Assembly: GCF_006345805.1 (NCBI RefSeq)
Contig: NC_043003.1
Span: forward strand, 66,030,001 to 66,094,000
DNA: 64,000 bases
DNA from: Octopus sinensis
Lineage: Eukaryota
Direction of reading: 5' to 3'
Below are positions 24,071-35,719 of the stretch, piece by piece (position 1 is the first letter of the stretch; each line of letters opens with the position of its first letter). The notes beneath the pieces were generated by a model. It did not search any database. It was given only the letters and a program-made list of their open reading frames with translations, and was not told where the DNA came from. The position numbers were made by a program, and so were the translations under genes.

Positions 24071-24379
24071 AAGACAGAGAAACAAGGTTGTCATTTCACT
24101 CGTAAACGTTGTTGCTTGGACGACATTTTAGTTTTCTATTTATTTGGGGATAATAGCAAGAAATTGAATCGAATTAAATAGAACCCAGATAATTCTGAGT
24201 AGGATTTTGGCAAAGCTATAATTGACGGAGAGCGAGGGGACAAGAATATGTCGCATAATATGATGGCATAGGTACGCCTGTTCGTTAATAACCCAGGCAA
24301 CCTTATGAAAAGAAATGGATATGGGAGGTCGAGCCAATGTGCATGCTATGTTTTAGTTGCCTGCAGAGATATGTGTGAG

Positions 24380-24385
24380 TGTGTA

Positions 24386-24434
<49 letters not shown>

Positions 24435-24839
24435 GACAGACAGACAGACATACAGAGAAAGAATGATAGGGAGAGGGATAGACAGGCAGACAGAGCAAAA
24501 AAAGAGAGGTAAAGAATGGGAGAAAGTGGGTGAAAGAGGGAGCGAGAGATTAGCGGGAGTTGAAGTAGAAATGGAAAGAGAGAGAGAGATGGAGAGAGAT
24601 AGGGATGAGAGATGGAGAGAAATAGAGATGAGAGAGGGAGAGGAGAAAAGCTGGAGGTGAAGTAGAAAAGAGTGAGAGAAAGAGTGAGGGATGGGGAAGT
24701 GAGACGGTGAGGGGTAGAGAGATACCAGATAGAGGTGAAGTAGAGAGAGAAAGAGAGAGTGTGCGTGCTTGTGCTTATGAGTATGAAGGCATGACAGGAA
24801 GAGAAGGAATAGGTGTAGACAGATAGATAGATATGTAGG

Positions 24840-24888
<49 letters not shown>

Positions 24889-24927
24889 GAGAGAGAGAGA
24901 GAGAGAGATAAAAAGAGATAGAGAAAC

Positions 24928-24990
<63 letters not shown>

Positions 24991-25029
24991 GTGAGAGAGA
25001 GAGAGAGAGATAAAAAGAGATAGAGAAAC

Positions 25030-25099
<70 letters not shown>

Positions 25100-25210
25100 G
25101 TAGGTAGGTAGGTAGGTAGGTAGGTAGGCATCAGGCAGATAGTTAGATAGATAAGTAGATAGATAGAGTGAGAGAGAGAGAGAAAGAGAAACACAGACAG
25201 ACGGAAAAAC

Positions 25211-25268
<58 letters not shown>

Positions 25269-25336
25269 TTAGATAGATAAGTAGATAGATAGAGTGAGAG
25301 AGAGAGAGAAAGAGAAACACAGACAGACGGAAAAAC

Positions 25337-25386
<50 letters not shown>

Positions 25387-25610
25387 GTAGGTAGATAGAT
25401 AGATAGATAGACAGGTAGATAGACAGGTAGATAGAGTGAGTGAGAGAGAAAAACGGGAAGTGAAATGGAAAGCGAGAAAATGTGCCTGAAAGGACAGGAA
25501 AGGAAAAGGTGAATGTAAAGAGATAGCGAGAGAGAAAGATAAAAAGAGACGAGGGAGAGGGAGGGAGGGAGAGTTAAGGAGTGAGAGTGAGAGATAGAAG
25601 ATGAGAAGGA
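24380..25610. repeat. Purine-rich compound (GA)n/(GATA)n tract with higher-order repeats
   Basis: GAGATAAAAAGAGATAGAGAAACAGATAG occurs twice; GAAAGAGAAACACAGACAGACGGAAAAACAG occurs twice. Confidence 0.93.
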
Positions 25611-25698
25611 GAGTTCGCTCCCTTAGACTGTTCGGTCTTCTACGTAACGTAAAATATTGATTAAATCGTACTGGCGGTTAAGAAGAATTCTGCACGTG

Positions 25699-25729
<31 letters not shown>

Positions 25730-25852
25730 GTACACACATACACACATGCAAAGAAACATCACGCACGCGAATGTTCTTGTGTGCGCCTGCGTTTGAGAAT
25801 GCGAGTTATGTATTAGTGTATGCGTGAGTTTGAATATATGCGAGTGTGTGTA

Positions 25853-25887
<35 letters not shown>

Positions 25888-26447
25888 GTGCGTGTGTGTA
25901 TCTGGTTATAGTTCTAATGAATTTGTGGGTTTGCTGGTATGTATGGAGTAACTACGTTAGTGTTATATAAAGAGAAAGAGTAATAACGAAATACAGGGGG
26001 AAAACGAGCATTAGAAATAAGGTGACAGTTTAGAGAGGAGGGGAAGTAATAGCGAATGGAGAGGGAATGTACGTGTATGTGTGTGTTGGGGAGAGAAAAA
26101 GAGAGACAATTGGCCTGCAGCCAGTCTGCAGATGTCGTTGTTAATTAACAAATGCGTTGCTTATTCCGAGACTGAACGACTGGTGGCATGCGAAGGGAAA
26201 GAACGTAGAGACTCAAGACAAGATACACCCCTCTTTATTACACTCAAGGAACAAAACAGCCTGGCTTTAGACAACGAACAGACTTTTGCAGTAAAGCAGA
26301 ATTGGTTCTTCGAGAAATTTAGCAATTGAGGAAGCTAGGATTTTCTATTTCTTCCACGGTTTTCCCTTTAATAATTTTGAAAGGATCATAAGCGGAGAGC
26401 GAAAGAATTTAAAAATATATTATGCATCTCTAAGTTATACCGTGGCA

Positions 26448-26488
<41 letters not shown>

Positions 26489-26628
26489 ATAAAACGGTAA
26501 GATAACAAAAGAAAGAAAGAGACCTCAATATTATGTAACTAAAGGAAATTTATCTATACAATATCAGAGTTTTATCTTGACTACCGAGTAATGTAACATA
26601 TTGTATAGATATATATATATATATATAT

Positions 26629-27026
26629 TCTCTTTTACTTGATTCAGTCATTTGACTGCGGCCATGCTGGAGCACCACCTTTAGTTGAGCAAATCAACCC
26701 CAGGACTTATTCTTCGGAAGCCTAGAACTTATTCTATCTGTCTCTTTTGCCGAACCTCTAAGTTATGAGGACGTCAACACACCAGCATCGGTTGTCAAGC
26801 GATGTTGGGGAGACAAACACAGACACACAAACATACACACACATCTATAAATATACATATATACGACGGGCTTCTTTCAGTTTTCGTCTACCAGATCCAC
26901 TCACAAGGGTTTGGTCGGCCCGGGGCTATAGTAGAAGACAGTTGCCCAAGGTGCCACGTAGTGGGCCTGAACCCGGAACCGTGTGATTGGTAAGAAACTT
27001 ACTTACCACACAGCCACTCCTACGCC
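26629..27026 (-). mobile_element. SINE-A, full length
   Basis: Collinear with 11375-11817 in reverse. Confidence 0.93.
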
Positions 27027-27393
27027 AATATATATATATATATATATATATACAATCCATGCATATATGTATGTATGTATGTATGTTGGTATGTATATGC
27101 GTATATATGAGCTTAACCCTAGGAGCAGTAAGGGCCAGTGACGAGAATTAAGATGGTCTGCGTCAAAATTCGAAATCACGTGAGATGGCTGTATCTGCGA
27201 ACGTAGGGAGCTTTGTCTTCCTTGCCAGCTTATTACGATAGTGCCCTTGTGGCTAATTAGTCGTTTTGACTCTTATTTCTAGCAATGCTGGTACCACTTT
27301 CTACCTGCTGTCACTTTAGTAACGACGTCTATAAATTTGCCTTTTAAATTGCTAATAAACTACCCATATTATTTATATTATGTATATATATAT

Positions 27394-27439
<46 letters not shown>

Positions 27440-27479
27440 CCTTTACTTGTGTGTGTGTGTGTGCGTATGTGTTTGCGTG

Positions 27480-27635
27480 TTAATTTTATCAGTTTCAGTG
27501 GCCAACATATGAAAAATATCTTTTAAAGTGAATATTATAAATGCAATTATAAATAAAGGCGAAAAGAAAAAATTGTTTGTTTGCCAATATGCTGAAAAAT
27601 AGACGCTAAATCGTCTAATCACATAAAATATTTTC
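27480..27635. mobile_element. Second copy of the unclassified microsatellite-associated repeat
   Basis: Aligns by eye with 21110-21255. Confidence 0.65.
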
Positions 27636-28189
27636 ACTTGTATTATTACACCACTTTTCGAAACGAGGAAAGCAAGCTAACGGAAATTCATAAAATATAT
27701 AATTATTCCCGAATCGGTTCCGATTTTTCCATCATCAGCGAGGAACAGAAAATGAAAATAAATGAAATACTTAGTTATACCCATGGAAAAGCAGATGCAA
27801 GGTCATGAATACCTTTAAATAACCCAAATATATCCAAATAGAAAATCCGTAGTAAGCCTCCACACATGTATAGTCGGTCAGGAAACGCACATACGTAGTT
27901 AACCAATTTTGGCTTTAACGATAACAATTGAGTGTGTTACTAATGTTGTGACTCAAAGGTAACTGTAGAGTGAAATTTCAGAGACGATCAGATTGACTAG
28001 GACTTCATAATACACAACTGTATACGCAAATATGTGTGTGCATGTGTATAGATGGCCATCTTTAACCTGGTGACTAAAAATTACAAAAACAAAAAAAGAA
28101 TTGCCTGGAACAAAATGGAAATGGTGAAATACAAGATAATGAAATCGAGAGAAATTTGTCGACTGTAATACCTCTGAGCACCTTGCTTC

Positions 28190-28510
28190 TCACTAAAGCT
28201 CATATGTCTGGAAATTGACTGGGTAGACACAAGATTATCTATCATCTTTCCAACAACAACCTAGGGCAACTTTTAGAATTCCGTATGACAAACACTCGTG
28301 GACATGCTTATAAAATCATAAAACAACACAGCAATTTGATTTTCGGAAACGTTTTTTTACGCTCAGAATAGCTGAATAAACTACCCGCAACAGTCTTTAG
28401 TTGTCCAGATACTACATTCTTAAAGACTTCCATGCTTCCTGAAATCTGCCAAGAGTACACATGATGGCTCTTTTTCTTAAATGTCGTGCATCTGAGCACT
28501 GTATACAACA
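28190..28510 (+). pseudogene. Degenerate CR1-clade LINE 3' end
   Basis: Peptide pieces THKIIYHL, TNTRGHAYKIIKQHS, FRKRFFTLRIA, NKLPATV match the CR1 ORF2 C-terminus. Confidence 0.78.
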
Positions 28511-28599
28511 ATTTCTTTCATATTTCATTGAAGGAAACATTAAAATATAATTTACTTCAATCTTAATTGTCATAGTTATTAGTCATAGTTCATAGTGGG

Positions 28600-28761
28600 G
28601 TACCATCTTTATGAAATGTAGTCAATTGAATGGGCCCCAGTTCTTGTCTTTCAGTAAGCCTTGTACTTAGTCTATCGTACGCCTTTGCCGAACTGCTATA
28701 CTAGCGGGTAAACACACCAACACGAGTTGTCAGGTGGTGTTGTGACACACACACAGACTTA

Positions 28762-28765
<4 letters not shown>
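28600..28765 (-). mobile_element. Old SINE-A 3' fragment
   Basis: GTAAGCCTTGTACTTAG..TATCG..TTTGCCGAAC..GTAAACACACCAAC. Confidence 0.55.
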
Positions 28766-28808
<43 letters not shown>

Positions 28809-28859
28809 CCTTATGATTGCCATGCTGGACCGCTGAATTCTACATGGTTTTTTCATTCT

Positions 28860-29010
28860 GTCTGTTTATTTTCTCTTATTCCTTTCTATTGAAGAACGTA
28901 GGCTTCAAACGCAAAAGACAGCTTCAATTTTTCCGAGCGTCATACTAACACACCTGCTTTTTGTTTGTACACCTGTCCTCGTCCTTTGTTTTTGTATAAA
29001 TTTCAACTAT
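28860..29010 (+). mobile_element. pLTR-like mini-element with a decayed hammerhead-like motif, tail-to-tail with the PLE
   Basis: CTTT-CTATTGA-A-GAACgtagGCTT-CAAACGC-AAAAG then CCGAGCGT..ACTAA.ACA, homologous to 17617-17800. Confidence 0.55.
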
Positions 29011-30083
29011 ATATATATGTATGTGTGTGTGTGTGTATGTTTGTGTGTGTGAGTGTGTGTGTATGTGTGTGTGCGTGTGTGTGTGTGTGAAAGAAGAAAA
29101 AGAAGAATTTGGGAAATTTGTTGGATGAACATTCATCAATGTGTTGGCTTCCTGTATTCCGGAAATCTAATTTGAGATTTGTACACCACCGTTCTCTGAC
29201 GTAGGCTGGTTTTTGTGTGTCCAATATATCGCCGTTTGCATCCCGAGCATGTAATAAAGTAAATCAAGTTCTCCGATGCTCATGTAAATTTAGCTTTTAT
29301 GGTAAAATTTTGGCGTGTTCCAAACGGTATTCTGATCCTTCTATTTTGTGGATAAAGATCCCACAGATGGGTCTCCCGCACTTTCTTACTGTCGGCTTAG
29401 TGGTTATTGTTGAGCGTATTTTGGCCTGGGTTAAAATCCTTTTCATTGATTTTGGTTGTCTCTTATTTTTGATGATTGTATGTGTTTTGAGGATTTGATT
29501 CATCTTTGGGTCTCTCTTGAGCAGAGCTGTGCTTTGGAGTTTAGTGTTGAAGGCCACATTGTTTTGTGAGATGTGTGTGGAAATGTAAGGTAGGGTTTTC
29601 GATTTTTTCCCCTTTTTTTGGTCTTGCTTGCTTAAGTTCTAGTGTATTTAATTTAAGGACTCGTTGGATCATATTGTCGATCAAGGGTTGAGAGTGAGGT
29701 TTTTAATTCCTGGAGTCGTGTGTAACGGGTGCTTGCGTCTGATACTATTGTGCATATTCTTTTGGCTAAACAAAATGGGATATTCATCCTGGTGTGTCTC
29801 GGGTGGCAAGAACCAAATGGCAGGTACTGTTTTGAGTTCGTGGGTTTGTAATAGATATCTATCTCTCTCTTGTTCCCGACTTCCTTAATAAGGATATCTA
29901 AAAGCGGTTGTTATTCCTGGTTGTACTCTATCATAATTTGGATGTTCTCATTTAGTCCAATTAGAAATGTTTCGAATTTTTAAAGTTTTTCTATTCTTTT
30001 ATTCCAGAGGATGAAGCAGTCATCGAGATATCTTTTCCAGTTCTTTTCCAGTTGTTTTGAATATTGGTTGAAAAAGAGTTTCC

Positions 30084-30660
30084 TTCAGGACAGTATTCAA
30101 AAGTAATACAACACTTCGCAAATATCTCCGCGTAAAACCACCAATAGAAAATAATATGACCAAGAATTGCGTGTACTCCATCCCATGCAGCTGTGATAGG
30201 TTATATAAAGGTGAAACATGCCGCCCCTCAAAATAAGGGTAGAGCAACATCGCAAAATTGTGAAACGAGGAGATATTGAAAAATCGGGTATAGCTGATCA
30301 TGTATGGAAAAATGGAGACCACCTTCCCCTGTGGGATGAAGTTAAAATAATAGACAGAGAACACCGCTGGAAAATACGAAAACTAAAAGAAGCAGCACAT
30401 ATGCTAGGACACAACAACCTCCTAAGCAGACCGAGTGCAGATATGAATAGCATATGGGAACTGATATTAAGGAAAGATAGGAGAATATTAGATTTATAAG
30501 CCCTAAAATTCCTTAGAAACGAGATGAAATTTCCCCAAGACACCTGATGAAGGCTGGAGGGTATATCAGCCGAAACGTTGTGTTAACAATAAAAAAGATG
30601 AGGACGAATATCCGTCAACTGTAAATAATGTACATAATTTCTCCTCTCTTAAATATAGAA
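30084..30660 (+). mobile_element. Penelope-like element 2 (Penelope/Poseidon-type GIY-YIG 3' end plus pLTR), inserted antisense in PLE-1
   Basis: FRTVFKSNTTLRKYLRVKPP..KNCVYSIPCSCDRLYKGETCRP(fs)LKIRVEQHR..SGIADHVW..RKLKEA, stop at 30499, then a hammerhead. Confidence 0.92.
30539..30584 (+). ncRNA. Type I minimal hammerhead ribozyme motif (PLE-associated)
   Basis: GACAC-CTGATGA-A-GGCTG(gagggtatat)CAGCC-GAAACGTT-GTGTT: stem I GACAC/GTGTT, 5-bp stem II, palindromic minimal stem III. Confidence 0.85.
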
Positions 30661-31639
30661 CTTGGGGATTATGTCTGTGGTTTCTTTGCATGCCTCGCTT
30701 ATTATTCTGCTTTTGTGAATTTTGGGGATACTGCAGAATAAACATGATTTACTTTTGATATTGGTAATGTAGTCGTATTCATTGCCTGTGTGTTCTTCTC
30801 AGTATGAGTTAATTAATGTCCTGAGATTATTCATTATTTTATGTTGGCTATAGTGTTCGGCATTTTCGTAATATGCCTCATCCCCTAATAGAGATAGTAC
30901 TAGATTTTTATAGTCTTTCGTGTTCATTAGAACTACTGCGTTTATCTGCCTCTTTGATTGTAATGGTTTTATTTTCTTTTAGTTCGTTAAGGTCGTTCCA
31001 TTCTCTTTTGTTAAAGTTTGGTCTGTGCCTTTGTTTATTTGTGAGCTTATAAGGGTAATTGTTGATGTGCTCACAGAATTGGTCGAGGGCTTTATTCTTT
31101 CCTTTGGTTAGGGTATAGTTACTGCTATTTCTAGCTATTGAATCGTCGTCGATGTGTTTGTTATAAACTTCCTCGGCTAGAATTAATTTTCTACAAAATT
31201 CAGAAATATTGTCTTTCATTTCATGGTAATTTGGTCGTTGTAGGGTTGGTGTAAGTTTTAGCCCTTTGGATAGTATGCTTATCTGGTAAGGTGTAAGTTT
31301 TTTTTATTAGAGATTGATTATTTTAACTACCTGTGGTTTCTTTTGGACTTCCGGTGCCATCGAGTATCCCTGTTTCTGTGCACTGCGTCTAATAAACGGT
31401 TGGTGTGGCTGGGCTCAATAATGTGGTGTTGTTAAATACTGTTTGAAGTTAGATAGGATGGTGAGGCTAAGAGGAAAGTGGAAGCGGTTGATTTGAAAAT
31501 TTGGAAAAATTTGGGATGTGCTGGAGAGGTTGGGAGTCTATGAGGAAGGTGGGAAGTAGTTGATTTGAAGATTTAGAAGAATTTTGTCTGAGTGTATGAG
31601 AAGGAATAAGATGGTCGGTGAGGGTTAGTATTTATTAAG

Positions 31640-32070
31640 TAGTAGGTTGCAAGGTTGGGTAGTATCTGTGTTTACAAGAACAAATAACATCGTAGAATAT
31701 ATTGATTAAAAAGGAGTTGTGAATGTGAAGAATGGTTAATGTTTCTTTTAGACATAACTTACACTTACATATATTTGTATTGTATGTGGGGATCTTCATT
31801 TACTATGGGCCAGGAAAGGGTGTATGGAATATTTTGCTATTTGAAGTTGTGCATGTACATTGCTAAGAAAGCAGATAGCTTAGAGTTTGGAACAATGAAA
31901 GCATTCATGCGTGCACGGTAGCTGCGCTTGAAATCTACAGTGCCACTGATATATACCTTGCTTGGTGGGACCGGTGTGTCATAACACGACACTTATAGAT
32001 CATATTTTTTCGCAGAGAGGATCCTCCAAGAGAGCATAATTTAGATTCGCGACAGTTGCAAGTTTTCTAC
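31640..32070 (-). mobile_element. Penelope-like element 3, degenerate GIY-YIG C-terminus of a third subtype
   Basis: Minus strand CRESKLCSLGGSSLRKNMIYKCRV; KVYISGTVDFKRSY; LSWPIV; CKLCLKETLTIL; ICSCKH, matching the CNC..CPL.G.C / W.I / C.LC..EK / CRH pattern of some PLE endonucleases. Confidence 0.7.
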
Positions 32071-32615
32071 CTGCTACGTGGTTGGAGTTTACTAATGAGG
32101 TTGAGCTTCGTTGGTTTGTTGTTAGTGGAGGGGCAGCTAAAGAGTGATTTGTATCTGAATTGTTATTACTATATACATAATTATAAGAATAATAGTACTT
32201 GGATGGAAATTATAAATATTTTAATGCATCGCTACTCGTGTTTCCACGAGGCATATGTTTCTTAAGATCACAGGCCCTATTCCTGGAATGATTACATTGC
32301 ATTCCGTAGTATGCATGGACATAGGATGTTCATGCATTAATTTCTTCGAGCAATATAATATTTATAAATTCCATCCGAGGATTATTATTCTTATTACTAT
32401 ATTTATCTTCCATTATATCGGTGCATCTCTGTGCAGCCTCAGTAAACTAGTATCACTAGTTGGCATCATAATGCTGTAGCCAGAATAATAGAACAGTACC
32501 TCTTATAGGCATATAGGCATATTCAAACTGTTTCTCGTAAACGAACTTAAAGATTATATATATAAGGATAAGGTCTACGTTACGCCGCAATAATTTATGT
32601 ATAAAAAATATATAT

Positions 32616-33029
32616 AGGCGCAGGAGTGGTTCTGTGGTAAGTAGCTTGCCTACAAACCACATGGTTCCGGGTTCAGTCCCACTGCGTGGCATCTTGGGCA
32701 AGTGTCTTCTTCTATAGCCCCGGGGGGACCAACGCCTTGTGAGTAGATTTGGTAGACGGAAACTGAAAGAAGCCCGTCGTATATATGTATATATATATAT
32801 GCGTGTGTGTGTTTGTGTGTCTGTGTTTGTCCCCCTAGCATTGCTTGACAACCGATGCTGGTGTGTTTACGTCCCCGTCACTTAACGGTTCGGCAAAAGA
32901 GAGCGATAGAATAAGTACTGGGCTTACAAAGAATAAGTCCCGGGTTCGATTTCCTCGACTAAAGGCGGTGCTTCAGCATGGCCGCAGACAAATTACTGAA
33001 ACAAGTAAAAGAGTAAAAGAGTAAAAGAG
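32616..33029 (+). mobile_element. SINE-A, full length and young
   Basis: AGGCGCAGGAGTGGTTCTGTGG head through a (GTAAAAGA)3 tail. Confidence 0.94.
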
Positions 33030-33031
33030 AG

Positions 33032-33237
33032 TATAAAAGTACAAATTGGGACAAGAACGCAAAACATTCAAATAGACGACACAAAAAACGGACGGGTCAT
33101 TCGAAGCCTCTTGACCAGCCGAAATTGCGAGGATGATCCGGTTCTTGACTGAAGATTAGAGGCTTCGAATGACCCGTCCATTTTTTGTGTCGTCTATTTG
33201 AATGTTTTACGTTCTTGTCCCATTTTGTATTTTTATA
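33032..33237. repeat. Foldback element with 80-bp arms and a 46-bp spacer
   Basis: Arms 33032-33111 and 33158-33237, 4 mismatches. Confidence 0.95.
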
Positions 33238-33268
33238 TATATTTTTTATACATTATATATATATATAG

Positions 33269-33305
<37 letters not shown>

Positions 33306-34125
33306 TAAATAGATAGATAGATATATAGATAGATAGATAGATAAATAGGTAGGTAGATAGTTAGATAGATAGATAGATAATTAGTTAGTTAGATACATAG
33401 ATAGATAGAAAGAAAGATAGATTAATAGATGGAGATACACACATACACATACTAGAGAAAATTGTTTGTCACTTACAGTGTTCATTTTCCAACCAGTAAT
33501 TCACTTTCTGTTTATCATTCAGGCTGTTTATCGCATCTTGATAAATTGCAGAATACTTACCCACGTGTCAACTCCATCGCACAAATTAATACAAAATATA
33601 AGAGAATCAAGAAAAACAAGGACCAAAATAATAGGTGGAATAATTACAACTCAGCTAATCTCATTCATTTATCATTTGAGAATTATCTCTAAATTAAATC
33701 CGTACATGGATGAATATTGATTATCAGATTAAGCAACAGAATTTATGATTTCCCTTAATCGAATTTTGTGTCAATATGCAGTTTTGCAATTTTCATCTAT
33801 ACGCCCACAGCCAAGGTGTCAATCAACTTTAGGTTCAGGTCATCTTCACTTTCTTACAAATTTCATTAATATGCGAAGAAAATGGGTAGAAAATAGCATG
33901 AAACCCATCATGAATTTCATTGAACCGTAAAAACCTAATTCTGGGATTTCATTCAGGAAATAATTCAAAATATATGACTGATAAACACCATTGAATATAA
34001 TAGCTGTTCTTTTCTTATAGCTTTATGTATTTATAGTGTTTTTGTGTAAAGAAATTTTTAAAAAAATGAAAATGAGAATAAGAATTAACTACATACTGTG
34101 TATTGACATATTTGTTTATCACTGT

Positions 34126-34672
34126 GCCTAGCATGGGAGTCACAAGTGACTCCTGAAACTACATTTGCAATATACCAAGTGAGTCTTGATGACTTGCCGA
34201 TCTATATGCTTAATATACTATGGGAGTCACTAGTGATTCCCGGGCTTTATCCTCAATATACCATGGACTCACTGGTGGTTTCCCAAGCTGTATTCGCTAC
34301 GCTACATTCACCACGTTACATTCACCAATGAACGTCACCAGTGACTTCCCAAACTATATCCTTAAAATGCCATGATTTTCACCAGAGACTATCCAAACTT
34401 TATTCTTAATATACCATGGGAGTCAACGGTGGCTTCCCGACTTATATTCTTAATATAGCATGAGAGTCACCGGAGACTCCTTAAGTTATATTCGTTATAT
34501 ACTATGAGAGCCACCGAAGACTTCACAAGGTATATTCTTAATATAACATGGAAGTCACCGGTGGCTCCCCAGACTACATTCTTAAAATACCATGGTAATC
34601 ACTGGTGACTCCCTATGCTATATTTTGCATGTACCAGTGGAGCCACAGGTAACTCCCAACAGTAATTCTTTA
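34126..34672. repeat. 12-unit 43-44-bp minisatellite with an 18-bp palindromic core GGAGTCACCGGTGACTCC
   Basis: Unit anchors at 34132, 34176, 34219, 34262, 34327, 34371, 34415, 34459, 34503, 34547, 34591, 34635. Confidence 0.93.
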
Positions 34673-35719
34673 TAGGGATCCTCACGGTACTATGATTCAA
34701 TCTACATTATTCGAATATTCTGTAATTCAACAGAAGATGTGGGATGTGGTTCAACATCAAAAGGTAGCAAACTATTGTCATCTCTACCATTTGAGCGTGG
34801 CTGTCCATAAAATAATTTTTGTGAAGAGGAAAGCCATTAAGTTCTATATCTTATAATCTTAAATATAATCTGTAAGAAACATCATAAATGAGAAACATCC
34901 ATAGATTGTGATATAATGGGTATTTTAAAATTTTCAAATTGTATCATCTATGTCACTGGCGATACAGGTTGACCACGATATTCCACCACAGACGTCACTG
35001 GTTAAAACCATGTTATAAATCAATGAGGTAGTTTAAATAGTGAACTAGAACATAGTTTAAACATTTTAAAACGCATAATTTAAAAGAAAATAAGACTGTT
35101 GGTGCATAGGAAAATATGGTGCAAATTGAATTTGGAAGAAAAGTTTAAATTCAAATTGTTGGTTAAACCTAGAGGTAAAACGCTTCAAAAATTTCAGATG
35201 ATTCAATGCAATATTCTGAATTTTCAAAACAATTTACATAACAAATATCCTTATCTATTATTGGTCAAACCCTATTTATATTTAGTTATCAATTTAGTTT
35301 CCAAATACTTTGCTACAAGGACGTTGCACTGCTATATTGCTTGCCGAAAGAACGCATATGATTTTTGTGCTTTCTTTCAATTTTTCTCTCCTTTATACAT
35401 TATAGTTTTTCTACTGGTCTCCCACTCATGCATAATACCAATCTTTTACACAATTCGGACTTAAAGGACAAGATCTTTGTTCCTTTCAGTTAGATCTATT
35501 GTCTGTACTAGGCTACTGGTTATTTGAGTATTTATAAATTGTACGGTATTTCATTCTTCTGAAACTCTCGCGAATTATTGTGCTAAATAGCAGGAGGGAA
35601 AATGGTCAGCAGGATGGAAAATGGTTTAAGGTCAGCACCTCAAAAATTGATAAAGGCTACATGAAAGTCATTGTGTGTGTAACTTACACTACTTTTACTC
35701 CTATTACCGCCGTTATTTA

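Larger units (their letters stand above)
29095..31360 (-). mobile_element. Penelope-like element 1 (Neptune-like linker), pseudogenised, with the RT core missing
   Basis: Minus strand in order: MAPEVQ..IINL**KKLTPYQISILSKGLKLTP; TIKEADK; SIPKIHK (30661-30745); WKRYLDDCFILW (YLDD at 30019-30030); YYKPTNSKQYLPFGSCHPRH; KCGRPICG; NLIYFITCSGCKRRYIG (29221-29270). Confidence 0.92.

Noticed and set aside
27113-27350. piggyBac end (TTAACCCT)
   Set aside because: No matching AGGGTTAA terminus or transposase seen; an 8-mer is expected by chance
33112-33157. Hammerhead in the palindrome spacer
   Set aside because: CCGAAA and CTGAAGA are present, but the required stems and the NUH site do not form
34126-34672. 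CRISPR-like appearance of the palindromic array
   Set aside because: The linkers are degenerate copies of one sequence, not unique spacers; the context is eukaryotic and has no cas genes
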